The notes under the pieces were generated by a model. That model ran no database searches. It saw only the letters and a list, made by a program, of their open reading frames with translations, and was not told the origin of the DNA. The position numbers and the translations under genes were made by a program. DNA of 35,617 bases, taken from sequence record SRR31156797_2737; one strand, given 5' to 3'. Positions 15,506-24,754 of this stretch are shown piece after piece; positions within the stretch are counted from its first letter, which is position 1; each line of letters begins with the position of its first letter.

Positions 15506-17185
15506 TTAGTATAATTCAAAGATATAGCCTGTTTTTTCTTTAAAATTGAATTTTAAGGTCAATGAATCTTTGTTTTTTAAGCTTTCAATTCGTTCTGTTT
15601 TTTCAAAAACCGATTTTATTGATATATCACTATTAATATTAAGGCCAATATGTTTCAATGCATGATTAGGGATATGAATTTCAATATCCTTTTGGTTTTC
15701 AATGTTAAAAACCATAACACATAATAAGACTTTATCACTACTGTGTCTAAAATAAATGTAGTAATCATTTTGCAGGTGTTGATTCACCCACATTAGGTCA
15801 TAAAAACTACCGTTTTTAATCACAGCATTTTCATTTCTAAACTTTAATAAATCAATATACCAGTGTCTAAGCTTTATTGTTTGTTGATCTAAATTTTCTT
15901 CAGTAAAACGGCCAGAATCCACCCATTTTTGATATGATTCAACTTTCCAGTAATCGAATATGCTGGTTTTACCATCTATACCACTAAACCCTTCGTTATA
16001 CATTCCTTTTTCGCCAAGTTCCTGTCCAAAATAAATCATTATTGGACCGGTATGCATTGTAGCAGTTAAAACCATGGCAGGTTTTATGTTTTCGGCATTT
16101 TGGGCGAAAAACTCTGACGCTACTCGGTGCTCATCATGGTTCTCCATAAATCTTAGTAGATGGCCATTTAAACCTTCTTGCTCTTTCCAAACTTGAGAAA
16201 TCGCTCCGGCAATATTTTTTCCTTCAACAATTGATCTTACGGTATTGTAAAATTGTACTTTGTCGTAAAGCCAATCAAATTGTGCTTTTTGAATATAGTC
16301 CTTATAGTCAATTGGTTGGTAAGCCTCTGCAGTAAAAGTTATTTCAGGATATTCAGCTTTAATTTTGGGGATTACCCATTCCCAAAATTTCATGGGTACC
16401 ATATCTGCCATATCAATTCTGAATCCATCAACCATTTTATCGGCCCAAAATTTCAGTATTTCATATACTCTTTGCCATGTAGATGGGATTGGGTCAAAAT
16501 ATGCTTTTGCTCCATCTTTGAAGTCAACACCATAATTTAGTTTTACGGTTTCATACCAGTCATTAATATCGGGTTGAGGCCTGAATACATTATTACCAGT
16601 TGCTTTAGCAGGGTATTCCAAATATTGTTCTTCTATTTCAGTCTTAATTCCATCTGGAATACTAAATACTTCATATGGTATGTAATAGAAATTATTATAT
16701 GGTGTAAACCCTTTGGTTGTATCATCATATTGGCCGAGCTCTATAATATTTTCTGGTCTTTGCTCACTTCGATATTGTCTGGCTACATGATTTGGTACAA
16801 AATCAATAATAACCTTAAGATTTTGCTTGTGAAAACGATCTACCATTTCCTCAAATTCATACATCCTGTTAGGGATATTTTCTGCTAAATCAGGGGTAAC
16901 ATCAAAATAGTCTTTAATCGCATATGGTGAGCCGGCCTTACCTTTTACAATTGGAGGAAAATCTGATTGAATATTATGATCAGTATAGGCTGTAGTAGAG
17001 GCATGCCGAATAACTCCAGTAAGCCAAACGTGAGTATATCCCATGTTTTTAATTGCTGATATGGCTTTGTCGTCAAAATGATTAAACTTTGAACAACCGT
17101 TTTGTTCAATGTCTCCGTTGATAACATTTTGACCGTTTTCATTTCGAAATAACCTCGTAAAAATCTGGTATATATTTATGTTCAT
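15506..17185 (-). CDS. GH13 alpha-amylase family glycoside hydrolase (cytoplasmic)
   Basis: IYQIFTRLF, GSPYAIKDY, IIDFVPNH, and catalytic GFRIDMAD / AEAY / ENHDE. No signal peptide. Confidence 0.92.
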   Translation of the reverse strand: MNINIYQIFTRLFRNENGQNVINGDIEQNGCSKFNHFDDKAISAIKNMGYTHVWLTGVIRHASTTAYTDHNIQSDFPPIVKGKAGSPYAIKDYFDVTPDLAENIPNRMYEFEEMVDRFHKQNLKVIIDFVPNHVARQYRSEQRPENIIELGQYDDTTKGFTPYNNFYYIPYEVFSIPDGIKTEIEEQYLEYPAKATGNNVFRPQPDINDWYETVKLNYGVDFKDGAKAYFDPIPSTWQRVYEILKFWADKMVDGFRIDMADMVPMKFWEWVIPKIKAEYPEITFTAEAYQPIDYKDYIQKAQFDWLYDKVQFYNTVRSIVEGKNIAGAISQVWKEQEGLNGHLLRFMENHDEHRVASEFFAQNAENIKPAMVLTATMHTGPIMIYFGQELGEKGMYNEGFSGIDGKTSIFDYWKVESYQKWVDSGRFTEENLDQQTIKLRHWYIDLLKFRNENAVIKNGSFYDLMWVNQHLQNDYYIYFRHSSDKVLLCVMVFNIENQKDIEIHIPNHALKHIGLNINSDISIKSVFEKTERIESLKNKDSLTLKFNFKEKTGYIFELY

Positions 17186-17217
17186 AATAATTGCTGCAAT
17201 AATTTCATTGTAAATAT

Positions 17218-17252
17218 AAAAAAAAAAGACCGCTAACGATTAGCGGTCTTTT
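17218..17252 (-). terminator. Intrinsic terminator after gcvP
   Basis: AAAAGACCGCTAA-cga-TTAGCGGTCTTTT, with a long A run on the plus strand (U tail on the minus strand). Confidence 0.9.
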
Positions 17253-17271
17253 GAGTTTTGTATGTTAAGTT

Positions 17272-20139
17272 TTATTGATATTCACTTATTGGTGCACAAG
17301 TACACATAAGATTTCTATCACCATATCCATCATCAACTCTTGCTACATGTGGCCAGAATTTATTTGCTTTAATCCACTCAAGAGGATAAGCAGCTTCTGA
17401 GCGTTTGTATGGATGTGACCAATCATCACTGCTAACTTCTTCTGCAGTATGTGGTGCATTTTTCATCACGTTATCTTCCTTATCAACTGAACCTGATTTT
17501 ATTGCTTCCATTTCGTTTTTAATGCTAATCATAGCTTCTGCAAAACGGTCAAGCTCTTGCAATGATTCACTTTCAGTTGGTTCAACCATCAATGTATCAT
17601 GCACTGGGAATGATAGTGTAGGAGCGTGGAATCCATAATCAATCAAACGCTTGGCAATATCAGTTGCATCAACGCCGTATTCACTTCTAAAGTTGCGACA
17701 TTCAAGTATCATTTCGTGTGCGCAACGTCCTGTTTCTCCTGTATAGAGGACCTCAAAATGACCCTTTAATGCAGCTGCTAAGTAATTAGCATTTAAAATG
17801 GCTATTTTTGTTGACTCTGTTAAACCTTCAGCACCTAGCATTTTAATATAAGCATGCGTAATGGTAAGTACTAAAGCACTTCCATATGGTGCTGCAGATA
17901 TGGCTTTTATTGGTTTGCTTCCTCCTGTTGAAACAACTGGATTGGATGGCAGGTAAGGCAATAATTTCTCATTTACACAAATTGGTCCTACACCAGGGCC
18001 ACCGCCACCGTGAGGAATGGCAAATGTTTTATGCAAATTCAGGTGGCAAACATCAGCATCAATGATACCGGGACTTGTAAGTCCAACCTGAGCATTCATA
18101 TTAGCGCCATCCATATATACCAATCCTCCATTGTCATGTATGATCTGGTTCATTTCACGAATACGGCTTTCAAATACACCGTGCGTTGAAGGATATGTAA
18201 TCATAAAAGCAGAAAGTGTGTCTTTATGCTCTTCAGCCTTAGCTTTCAGATCATCTACATCAACGTTTCCGTTTTCATCACATGCCACTACAACTACTTT
18301 CATACCGGCCATAACACCGCTCGCAGGGTTTGTACCGTGTGCTGAAGAAGGAATGATAACTACATTTCTGTCATTATCGCCATTTTGTTTATGATATTCA
18401 CGGATAACCATAAGACCTGAATATTCGCCGGCAGCACCAGAATTTGGTTGTAATGAGCAACCTTCAAACCCTGTAATTTCAGCTAAATCAGCTTCCATTT
18501 CGTTAATCAATAATTTATACCCTTCAGCTTGATCAAGCGGAGCGAATGGGTGCATATTGGCAAACTCAGGCATTGTTAATGCAAACATTGTATTGGCAGG
18601 ATTCAGTTTCATGGTACACGAACCCAGTGAAATCATTGAGTGGTTTAATGCAATATCTCTCCGTTCTAGTTTTTTGATATATCGCATCATCTCCGTTTCA
18701 CTGTGGTATGAGTTGAAAACTCTTTCCTGAAGATATTTAGATGATCTTAATAATGATTCATCAAAACGTTTTTTTGAAAGTGCTAAAACTTGTGGTTCAA
18801 CTTCTTTGTTTAGGGACTTTGCAAAAACATCTAGTATGTCAAGTACATCTTGAATTTCTGTGGTTTCATTTACAGTTAGACCAATATGATTGGTGTCAAT
18901 GTAATTGAAATTCATTTCTTTACTAAGCGCCAGTGATTGAATATCGCAGCTTTTAATTATTTCTGGTAATTCAATTAGCAAAGTATCAAAGAAAGTGCTA
19001 TTTAATTGCTTGTATCCTAGTTTGGTAAGTTCTTCTTCGAGTGTTACAGCCATGCTGTGTACATGCAGAGCTGTATCTTTAATTCCTTGTGGACCATGGT
19101 AAACAGCATACATACCAGCCATTGTGGCTAATAATGCCTGGGCAGTACAAATATTTGAAGTAGCTCTTTCGCGTTTAATATGCTGCTCACGTGTTTGCAG
19201 AGCCATGCGAAGTGCTATATTTTCATGACGGTCTTTAGATACACCGATGATACGTCCTGGAATAAACCTCTTTAAATTTTCTGTAGTGGCAAAATATGCT
19301 GCATGTGGTCCGCCGTAACCCATTGGAATACCAAAACGTTGTGTTGTTCCATAGGCAATGTCTGCACCCCATTCTCCAGGAGGTGTAAGAATTGCTAATG
19401 AAAGAATATCTGCTCCAATGGCAACCATTGATTCATTTTCATGCGCTTTTTCAACGAATTGTTTATAATCGTTTACTTCTCCACTTGCATTTGGAAATTG
19501 AGCGATGGCACCAAATATTTTGTCGTTAAATTCTACTTCGCTATATTTTCCGTATTGAATTTCAATTCCAAGTGGTTCCGCTTTTGTTTCAATTACTGCT
19601 TTAGTTTGAGGATAAATGTTTTCATCAATAAAAATTACATTTCCTTCAGCTTTGAATTTCCGGGAACGTTTGTTGAACATTAAAATCACAGCTTCAGATG
19701 CTGCAGTAGCCTCATCTAAAAGTGATGCGTTAGCTACAGGTAATCCTGTTAATTCACTTATTACGGTTTGGAAGTTTAACAGTGCTTCTAATCGTCCTTG
19801 AGAAATCTCGGCTTGATATGGTGTGTAAGAAGTATACCAACTTGGATTTTCAAGAATATTTCTTCTTATTACTGCTGGCAATACTGTTTCGTGATACCCC
19901 ATTCCAATGTAGGAGCGATACACTTTATTTTTGGATGCAATTTCGCTAAGGTATTGAGCATAATGCTGCTCACTCATTGGATTTGAAATGTTTAATTTTT
20001 TTCCTAAACGGATAGATTTTGGAACAGTCTGATCTATCAGTTCGTTGAGAGAATTTACGCCCACTTTTTTGAGCATCTCTCCAATTTCATGCGGTCTTGG
20101 ACCTATGTGTCTGAGTTGAAATTTATCTATTAACTTCAT
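17272..20139 (-). CDS. gcvP: Glycine dehydrogenase (decarboxylating), glycine cleavage P protein
   Basis: 955 aa. RHIGP, YTPYQAEISQGRLEAL, TREQHIKRERATSNICTAQ, LGSCTMKLN, HLNLHKTFAIPHGGGGPG and YGDRNLMCTC. Confidence 0.98.
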   Translation of the reverse strand: MKLIDKFQLRHIGPRPHEIGEMLKKVGVNSLNELIDQTVPKSIRLGKKLNISNPMSEQHYAQYLSEIASKNKVYRSYIGMGYHETVLPAVIRRNILENPSWYTSYTPYQAEISQGRLEALLNFQTVISELTGLPVANASLLDEATAASEAVILMFNKRSRKFKAEGNVIFIDENIYPQTKAVIETKAEPLGIEIQYGKYSEVEFNDKIFGAIAQFPNASGEVNDYKQFVEKAHENESMVAIGADILSLAILTPPGEWGADIAYGTTQRFGIPMGYGGPHAAYFATTENLKRFIPGRIIGVSKDRHENIALRMALQTREQHIKRERATSNICTAQALLATMAGMYAVYHGPQGIKDTALHVHSMAVTLEEELTKLGYKQLNSTFFDTLLIELPEIIKSCDIQSLALSKEMNFNYIDTNHIGLTVNETTEIQDVLDILDVFAKSLNKEVEPQVLALSKKRFDESLLRSSKYLQERVFNSYHSETEMMRYIKKLERRDIALNHSMISLGSCTMKLNPANTMFALTMPEFANMHPFAPLDQAEGYKLLINEMEADLAEITGFEGCSLQPNSGAAGEYSGLMVIREYHKQNGDNDRNVVIIPSSAHGTNPASGVMAGMKVVVVACDENGNVDVDDLKAKAEEHKDTLSAFMITYPSTHGVFESRIREMNQIIHDNGGLVYMDGANMNAQVGLTSPGIIDADVCHLNLHKTFAIPHGGGGPGVGPICVNEKLLPYLPSNPVVSTGGSKPIKAISAAPYGSALVLTITHAYIKMLGAEGLTESTKIAILNANYLAAALKGHFEVLYTGETGRCAHEMILECRNFRSEYGVDATDIAKRLIDYGFHAPTLSFPVHDTLMVEPTESESLQELDRFAEAMISIKNEMEAIKSGSVDKEDNVMKNAPHTAEEVSSDDWSHPYKRSEAAYPLEWIKANKFWPHVARVDDGYGDRNLMCTCAPISEYQ

Positions 20140-20269
20140 CGGTTGATTTTTTTATGAATTTTTATTATACTACAAAAATCATGATAAAACAGCCCAAAGT
20201 TAGAAAGAAGATTAGTGATAGAAAGGAAAATTGTATATTTTTTATTATGTTTATCAACCCATTATAAAA

Positions 20270-20887
20270 ATGAAAATTATGCTAAATTTTTATAAACTTA
20301 CGGTTACTGCGCTCTTGATTTTCAGTTTCTTGGCTGTAAATGCTCAATATAAGATCATTACACTCAAAGGTGATATTCTCAGAACAACTGAATATAAAAT
20401 TGTAGAAGAGAATGGTTTTAAAGAACTAATGTACCTAAATAAGAAAGGAAAAAAGAAATATCTTGAATATGAAAGTATATTTTCTATAAATGAAAATGAA
20501 AAAAAATCTGTTGTCTACAAACCTCAGGATAATCTAGATTTAACTGTTCCACAAATGCAATCGATGGTTGATGGTAGAATAGCTGGGAATAGTTCAGGTG
20601 GTTATTGGGCCGCATTTATTACTTCTTTTGCTTTGACTTCAGCATCGGGATTTGTTGATATCACTGATCAGGGACAAATGTTTATTACGCCATTGATCCC
20701 GTTAGGTGCCACAATTGGAATTGGCTTATATGGTTGGAAATCAAAAGTAAAGCATGATAACCAGAATGAATATTTTATTACAGGATATCAGGAACAACGA
20801 GCTTTCAGAATGATTAAAGCCTCGCTACTTGGAGGTGCTGCCGGTATGGGTGTGGCAGCAGCCGTATACTCAATCAGAAACAATTAA
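20270..20887 (+). CDS. Hypothetical protein with signal peptide and C-terminal hydrophobic/Gly-rich helices
   Basis: Signal ending VNA-Q and three hydrophobic segments. ATG at 20270 (or 20279) preferred over TTG at 20231. Confidence 0.75.
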   Translation: MKIMLNFYKLTVTALLIFSFLAVNAQYKIITLKGDILRTTEYKIVEENGFKELMYLNKKGKKKYLEYESIFSINENEKKSVVYKPQDNLDLTVPQMQSMVDGRIAGNSSGGYWAAFITSFALTSASGFVDITDQGQMFITPLIPLGATIGIGLYGWKSKVKHDNQNEYFITGYQEQRAFRMIKASLLGGAAGMGVAAAVYSIRNN

Positions 20888-20893
20888 ACTTTT

Positions 20894-21541
20894 TTAGCAC
20901 ATATGCTTTAGAAATGGATTACTACATTTTTCATGAGAAATTGTAGTTTCAGGTCCATGCCCCGGGAAAACTTTTGTTTCTTCCGGCAAAACTAATACTT
21001 TCCCAGTTATGCCTTTTATTAGGGCACTGTGGTTACCATAAATTAAATCTGTTCTTCCTATTGATTCATAAAAAAGGACATCACCACTAAATAGAATTTT
21101 CTCTTCAGCGCAGTGCAATAGAACGGAACCTGGCGTATGGCCTGGGACATGTATAATTTGTAATTTACAGTTTCCAAATTCAATTAAATCACCTTCATCA
21201 ATATAACGATCCACTTTGGGTGGCGGATTATCAAGCTTAAATCCGATTTGCTCAGCATATGTAGGTGCGTTTTCAAGTAAAAACTCATCATTTTCATGTG
21301 CCAGGATGGGTACATCGTAGGTCTTTTTTACAAAATAGTTGCCTAAAACATGATCAATGTGCAGGTGTGTATTGATAATATATTTGACGGTTAAATTATT
21401 ACTTTCAATAAAATCTGTTAATTCATCATGATCATCATCATTTATACAACCCATATCAATTAAGGCACATTCTCCGGTTTCATCGTAAATGGCATAACTA
21501 TTTTCCTGCCATGGGTTGAAAGTAAATTTCTTAATCTTCAT
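20894..21541 (-). CDS. MBL-fold metallo-hydrolase (glyoxalase II / YcbL-like)
   Basis: THLHIDH, PGHTPG, SGDVLF, GRTDL and PGHG. Confidence 0.92.
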   Translation of the reverse strand: MKIKKFTFNPWQENSYAIYDETGECALIDMGCINDDDHDELTDFIESNNLTVKYIINTHLHIDHVLGNYFVKKTYDVPILAHENDEFLLENAPTYAEQIGFKLDNPPPKVDRYIDEGDLIEFGNCKLQIIHVPGHTPGSVLLHCAEEKILFSGDVLFYESIGRTDLIYGNHSALIKGITGKVLVLPEETKVFPGHGPETTISHEKCSNPFLKHMC

Positions 21542-21801
21542 TCAAATCTTTTTTTGTTCAGTAATTAATTAGTGGTATTAATAAGCAAACATAAAATTCA
21601 GACCAAAGTTTAGGATTTCATTATAAAATTCAGATTTAGTTATTCTTCTGCAGAATAAATAATTGTTTGTTTGATATTTAGTGTCTAAACTTTTATTTGA
21701 ATTTATTAGCAACCTCCTTTCAAACGAAAAGCGTAGCTTTTTGTTCATATAACTTAGTTGCAATTCCCGAAATTTTTTGAAAAGAATTTGTTTTGAGTAA
21801 G

Positions 21802-22299
21802 CTATTCAAATATTATTGTGTCAGTCATTTCTATATTGCTCTGATTAAGAGCCCTGTCATATACATAGAATGAAATCAATAAAGTATCATAATCAAATGT
21901 AAATGTTTGAAAGAATATTTCTATTGCTACATCAGCGATTAAGATTTTATTCTGTCCGGCTGGTTCTATGAACGGAATATTAAAATAGTTGATAGCCAGA
22001 TCTTCCCATGGTACAAATTCATCACCGGAAGGTACAAAAACATCGAAATAAAAATTGTGGCTATAAATACCGGTGAAGGGCGGTAAGGTATCTTCTTCCG
22101 CTAATCCAATGTTACCATCTCCATCTTTAAGCTTGAAAAATAAGGTAATGCATTTGTTCTCATTTCCAAGCTGGTCTTCGCAATATTCTGCTACATGGTA
22201 TTGGTAATCAATAAACGGAATATCTGAGGGTTCCTCTATCTCAATGCATGAGGTTAAACCTAAAATAATAGATGATATGAATAATAAACGAATTGACAT
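21802..22299 (-). CDS. Hypothetical lipoprotein
   Basis: Lipobox LTSC and DGDGNIG motif. Start moved to ATG 22299 because a TAAATTTG promoter motif overlaps the TTG at 22317. Confidence 0.78.
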   Translation of the reverse strand: MSIRLLFISSIILGLTSCIEIEEPSDIPFIDYQYHVAEYCEDQLGNENKCITLFFKLKDGDGNIGLAEEDTLPPFTGIYSHNFYFDVFVPSGDEFVPWEDLAINYFNIPFIEPAGQNKILIADVAIEIFFQTFTFDYDTLLISFYVYDRALNQSNIEMTDTIIFE

Positions 22300-22314
22300 T
22301 AATCTGCTTTGATA

Positions 22315-22322
22315 CAAATTTA
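22315..22322 (-). promoter_or_regulatory. Bacteroidota -7 promoter element (TAnnTTTG)
   Basis: Minus strand TAAATTTG shortly upstream of ATG 22299. Confidence 0.55.
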
Positions 22323-22405
22323 ATGAAATGGTTCTTTTTTAAGTGAACTCCTGTGTTTTTTATTTGTTTCGAATATATAAGAATATCAATTATACTTTTT
22401 AAATA

Positions 22406-23671
22406 ATGGATAAATTCAATATACCATCAAATAACAAAGAACGTATCATTATAGCCGGGATGGGATTTGCAGGTTTAAAACTAACGCGAGAGTTGGTTAA
22501 ATCAAAATATCAGGTTGTGGTGCTTGATCCCCGAAATTTTCATCAGTTTCAACCGCTTTTCTATCAGGTGGCAACAGCAGGACTAGAGCCAAGTTCAATA
22601 TCTTTTCCGATTAGGAAACTTTTTCAGAAGAAAAAAAATATACATTATAGAAATACAGCTTTGGGAAAAATATATCCTGAACGTAAAACTGTATTAACAG
22701 AGTTTGGAGAGCTAAAGTATGATAAACTGGTTCTTGCCCTTGGTGCGTATACCAATTTTTTCGGAAATAAAGAATTAGAGAAGAATGGGCTATCGATGAA
22801 AACAACTGCTGAAGCTATTTTTTTAAGAAACAGAATATTGCAATCATTTGAAAAAGCAATGTTTGAAAATGATTCGGTTGTGAAGAAAAAATTGCTTTCC
22901 ATTGCCATAGTTGGTGGTGGACCTACTGGCGTTGAATTAGCAGGAGCTATTGCAGAGATGCGCAATCATATTTTGCCCAAGGATTATCCCGAAATTGATT
23001 TCAGCCTGATGAATGTAATGCTTTTTGAAGCGTCTGATCGTGTTTTAAGTAGTATGTCAAAAAAAGCCAGTAAAAAAGCTCATCGTTTTTTGACCAAGCT
23101 TGGCGTGGATATACACCTGAAAACCAGGATTAAAGGATATGATAACGAAAACGTTTTGCTTCCCGATGGATCTACTTACCAAACAGATAATTTAATATGG
23201 GCTGCAGGTGTTCAGGGTAGGGAAGTAATAGGACTAAACGAAGATGTTTTTGGAAATAATAAACGATTGATGGTTGACAGGCATAATAAGGTTAAAGGTT
23301 ATGAGGATATTTATGCCATGGGTGATTTAGCATGTATGCCTACTGAAAAGTATCCGGAAGGACATCCACAAGTGGCTCAGGTCGCTATTCAACAAGCTGT
23401 TACCTTATCGAAATTACTGAAAAAAGGGAAAGCAAAACCATTTGAATATAATGATAAAGGATCCATGGCAACCATTGGCCGAAATATGGCAGTAGTTGAT
23501 TTACCATGGTGGCATTTTAGTGGCTTTTTTGCATGGATTGTTTGGTTATTTATTCATTTAATGGCAATTGTAGGAGTCAAAAACAGGCTTTTTATATTTA
23601 TAAATTGGGCCTCGAGTTATTTTTCAAGAGACCAATCATTGCGTGTTTTAATAAAGCCATTTTCTAAATAA
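22406..23671 (+). CDS. ndh: Type II NADH:quinone oxidoreductase (NDH-2)
   Basis: GMGFAG, FQPLFYQVAT, VGGGPTGVELAG, IWAAGV, AQVAIQQ, DKGSMATIGR and C-terminal amphipathic WLFIHLM. Confidence 0.93.
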   Translation: MDKFNIPSNNKERIIIAGMGFAGLKLTRELVKSKYQVVVLDPRNFHQFQPLFYQVATAGLEPSSISFPIRKLFQKKKNIHYRNTALGKIYPERKTVLTEFGELKYDKLVLALGAYTNFFGNKELEKNGLSMKTTAEAIFLRNRILQSFEKAMFENDSVVKKKLLSIAIVGGGPTGVELAGAIAEMRNHILPKDYPEIDFSLMNVMLFEASDRVLSSMSKKASKKAHRFLTKLGVDIHLKTRIKGYDNENVLLPDGSTYQTDNLIWAAGVQGREVIGLNEDVFGNNKRLMVDRHNKVKGYEDIYAMGDLACMPTEKYPEGHPQVAQVAIQQAVTLSKLLKKGKAKPFEYNDKGSMATIGRNMAVVDLPWWHFSGFFAWIVWLFIHLMAIVGVKNRLFIFINWASSYFSRDQSLRVLIKPFSK

Positions 23672-23732
23672 TTGGAAGAAAGCACTGTAATTGCTATCTT
23701 TATACGACAAATCACAAGTTAAATGTATTAAA

Positions 23733-24227
23733 ATGAAACGTTTAGTATTAGTGCGACACGGAAAAGCAGATCAAAGTGGGAAAATCGATAACGATTTTGA
23801 ACGTACATTGACTAAAAAAGGGCAGAAGGATGCACGTTTTATTGCCGGTGTATTGAACGAATTAGGCATAAAACCCGATTTATTGGTTACTTCAGATGCC
23901 TTTAGAGCTTATGAAACAGCAGAGATATTTGCAGAAGTATTGAACTATAAGAAAAGTAATATCTTGAAGGAAGAATATCTATATGAGGGGTATACAACGG
24001 GTCAACTCATAGACTATCTATCGCAAAAAGGAGAAGGTAATGACACAATTTTTGTATTTGGTCATAATCCTTTTATATCTCAAAGTGGTATACGTTTATC
24101 TAAGAATTTTCACCAAAGCTTTCCCACTTCAGGAACTTTAGGATTAAAGTTTGATTTAGACAACTGGAATATTGATCCGGGAACCGGAGATATTGATTTC
24201 TTTGAATTTCCCAAAAAATACATGTAA
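23733..24227 (+). CDS. sixA: Histidine phosphatase, SixA-like
   Basis: LVRHGKA, DFERTLT, SDAFRAYETA and FGHNP. ATG 23733 preferred over TTG 23691. Confidence 0.85.
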   Translation: MKRLVLVRHGKADQSGKIDNDFERTLTKKGQKDARFIAGVLNELGIKPDLLVTSDAFRAYETAEIFAEVLNYKKSNILKEEYLYEGYTTGQLIDYLSQKGEGNDTIFVFGHNPFISQSGIRLSKNFHQSFPTSGTLGLKFDLDNWNIDPGTGDIDFFEFPKKYM

Positions 24228-24230
24228 GGT

Positions 24231-24722
24231 ATGGCAATAAATTATAAAGCTGAGGAGCTATTTGATCAGGCAGATAAAGATATTAGAGATGGATATTTTG
24301 CTGATGCTGCTAAAAAATTGGAATCAATCATCGCAGATGATCCAAATTTTGGAAAAGCCTATAATCACTTAGGATATTTATATGAAACCAAATTCAAGGA
24401 TTTAGTTGCTGCTGAAAAGTATTATAAAATAGCATTAGAGAAGAGCCCAGAATATCCAGCTACTTATGCGAATTATAGCATTTTACTTTCTACACTTCAG
24501 AAGTATGATGATCTAAATGAGTTATTGAAAAAAGCACTGGAAGTGCCAGGTGTAGACCGCGCCAATGTATATAATGAGTATGGAATAATGTACGAGAATC
24601 TGGGAGAGTATACCAGAGCTATAACGAATTATAAAGAATGTGCTAAGATGACTTTCAGTAAAGCTACAATGGATAAGGCTTTGGAATCTGTTGATCGATG
24701 CAATACCAAAATGAAGTTATAA
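24231..24722 (+). CDS. Tetratricopeptide repeat protein
   Basis: TPR units DPNFGKAYNHLGYLY, PEYPATYANYS and ANVYNEYGIMY. Starts 3 bp after sixA. Confidence 0.85.
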   Translation: MAINYKAEELFDQADKDIRDGYFADAAKKLESIIADDPNFGKAYNHLGYLYETKFKDLVAAEKYYKIALEKSPEYPATYANYSILLSTLQKYDDLNELLKKALEVPGVDRANVYNEYGIMYENLGEYTRAITNYKECAKMTFSKATMDKALESVDRCNTKMKL

Positions 24723-24726
24723 TATA

Positions 24727-24748
24727 AATGCCGCTGCTGAGCGGCATT
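24727..24748. terminator. Hairpin between convergent genes, probable bidirectional terminator
   Basis: AATGCCGCT-gctg-AGCGGCATT with weak T tails on both sides. Confidence 0.65.
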
Positions 24749-24754
24749 CGTATT

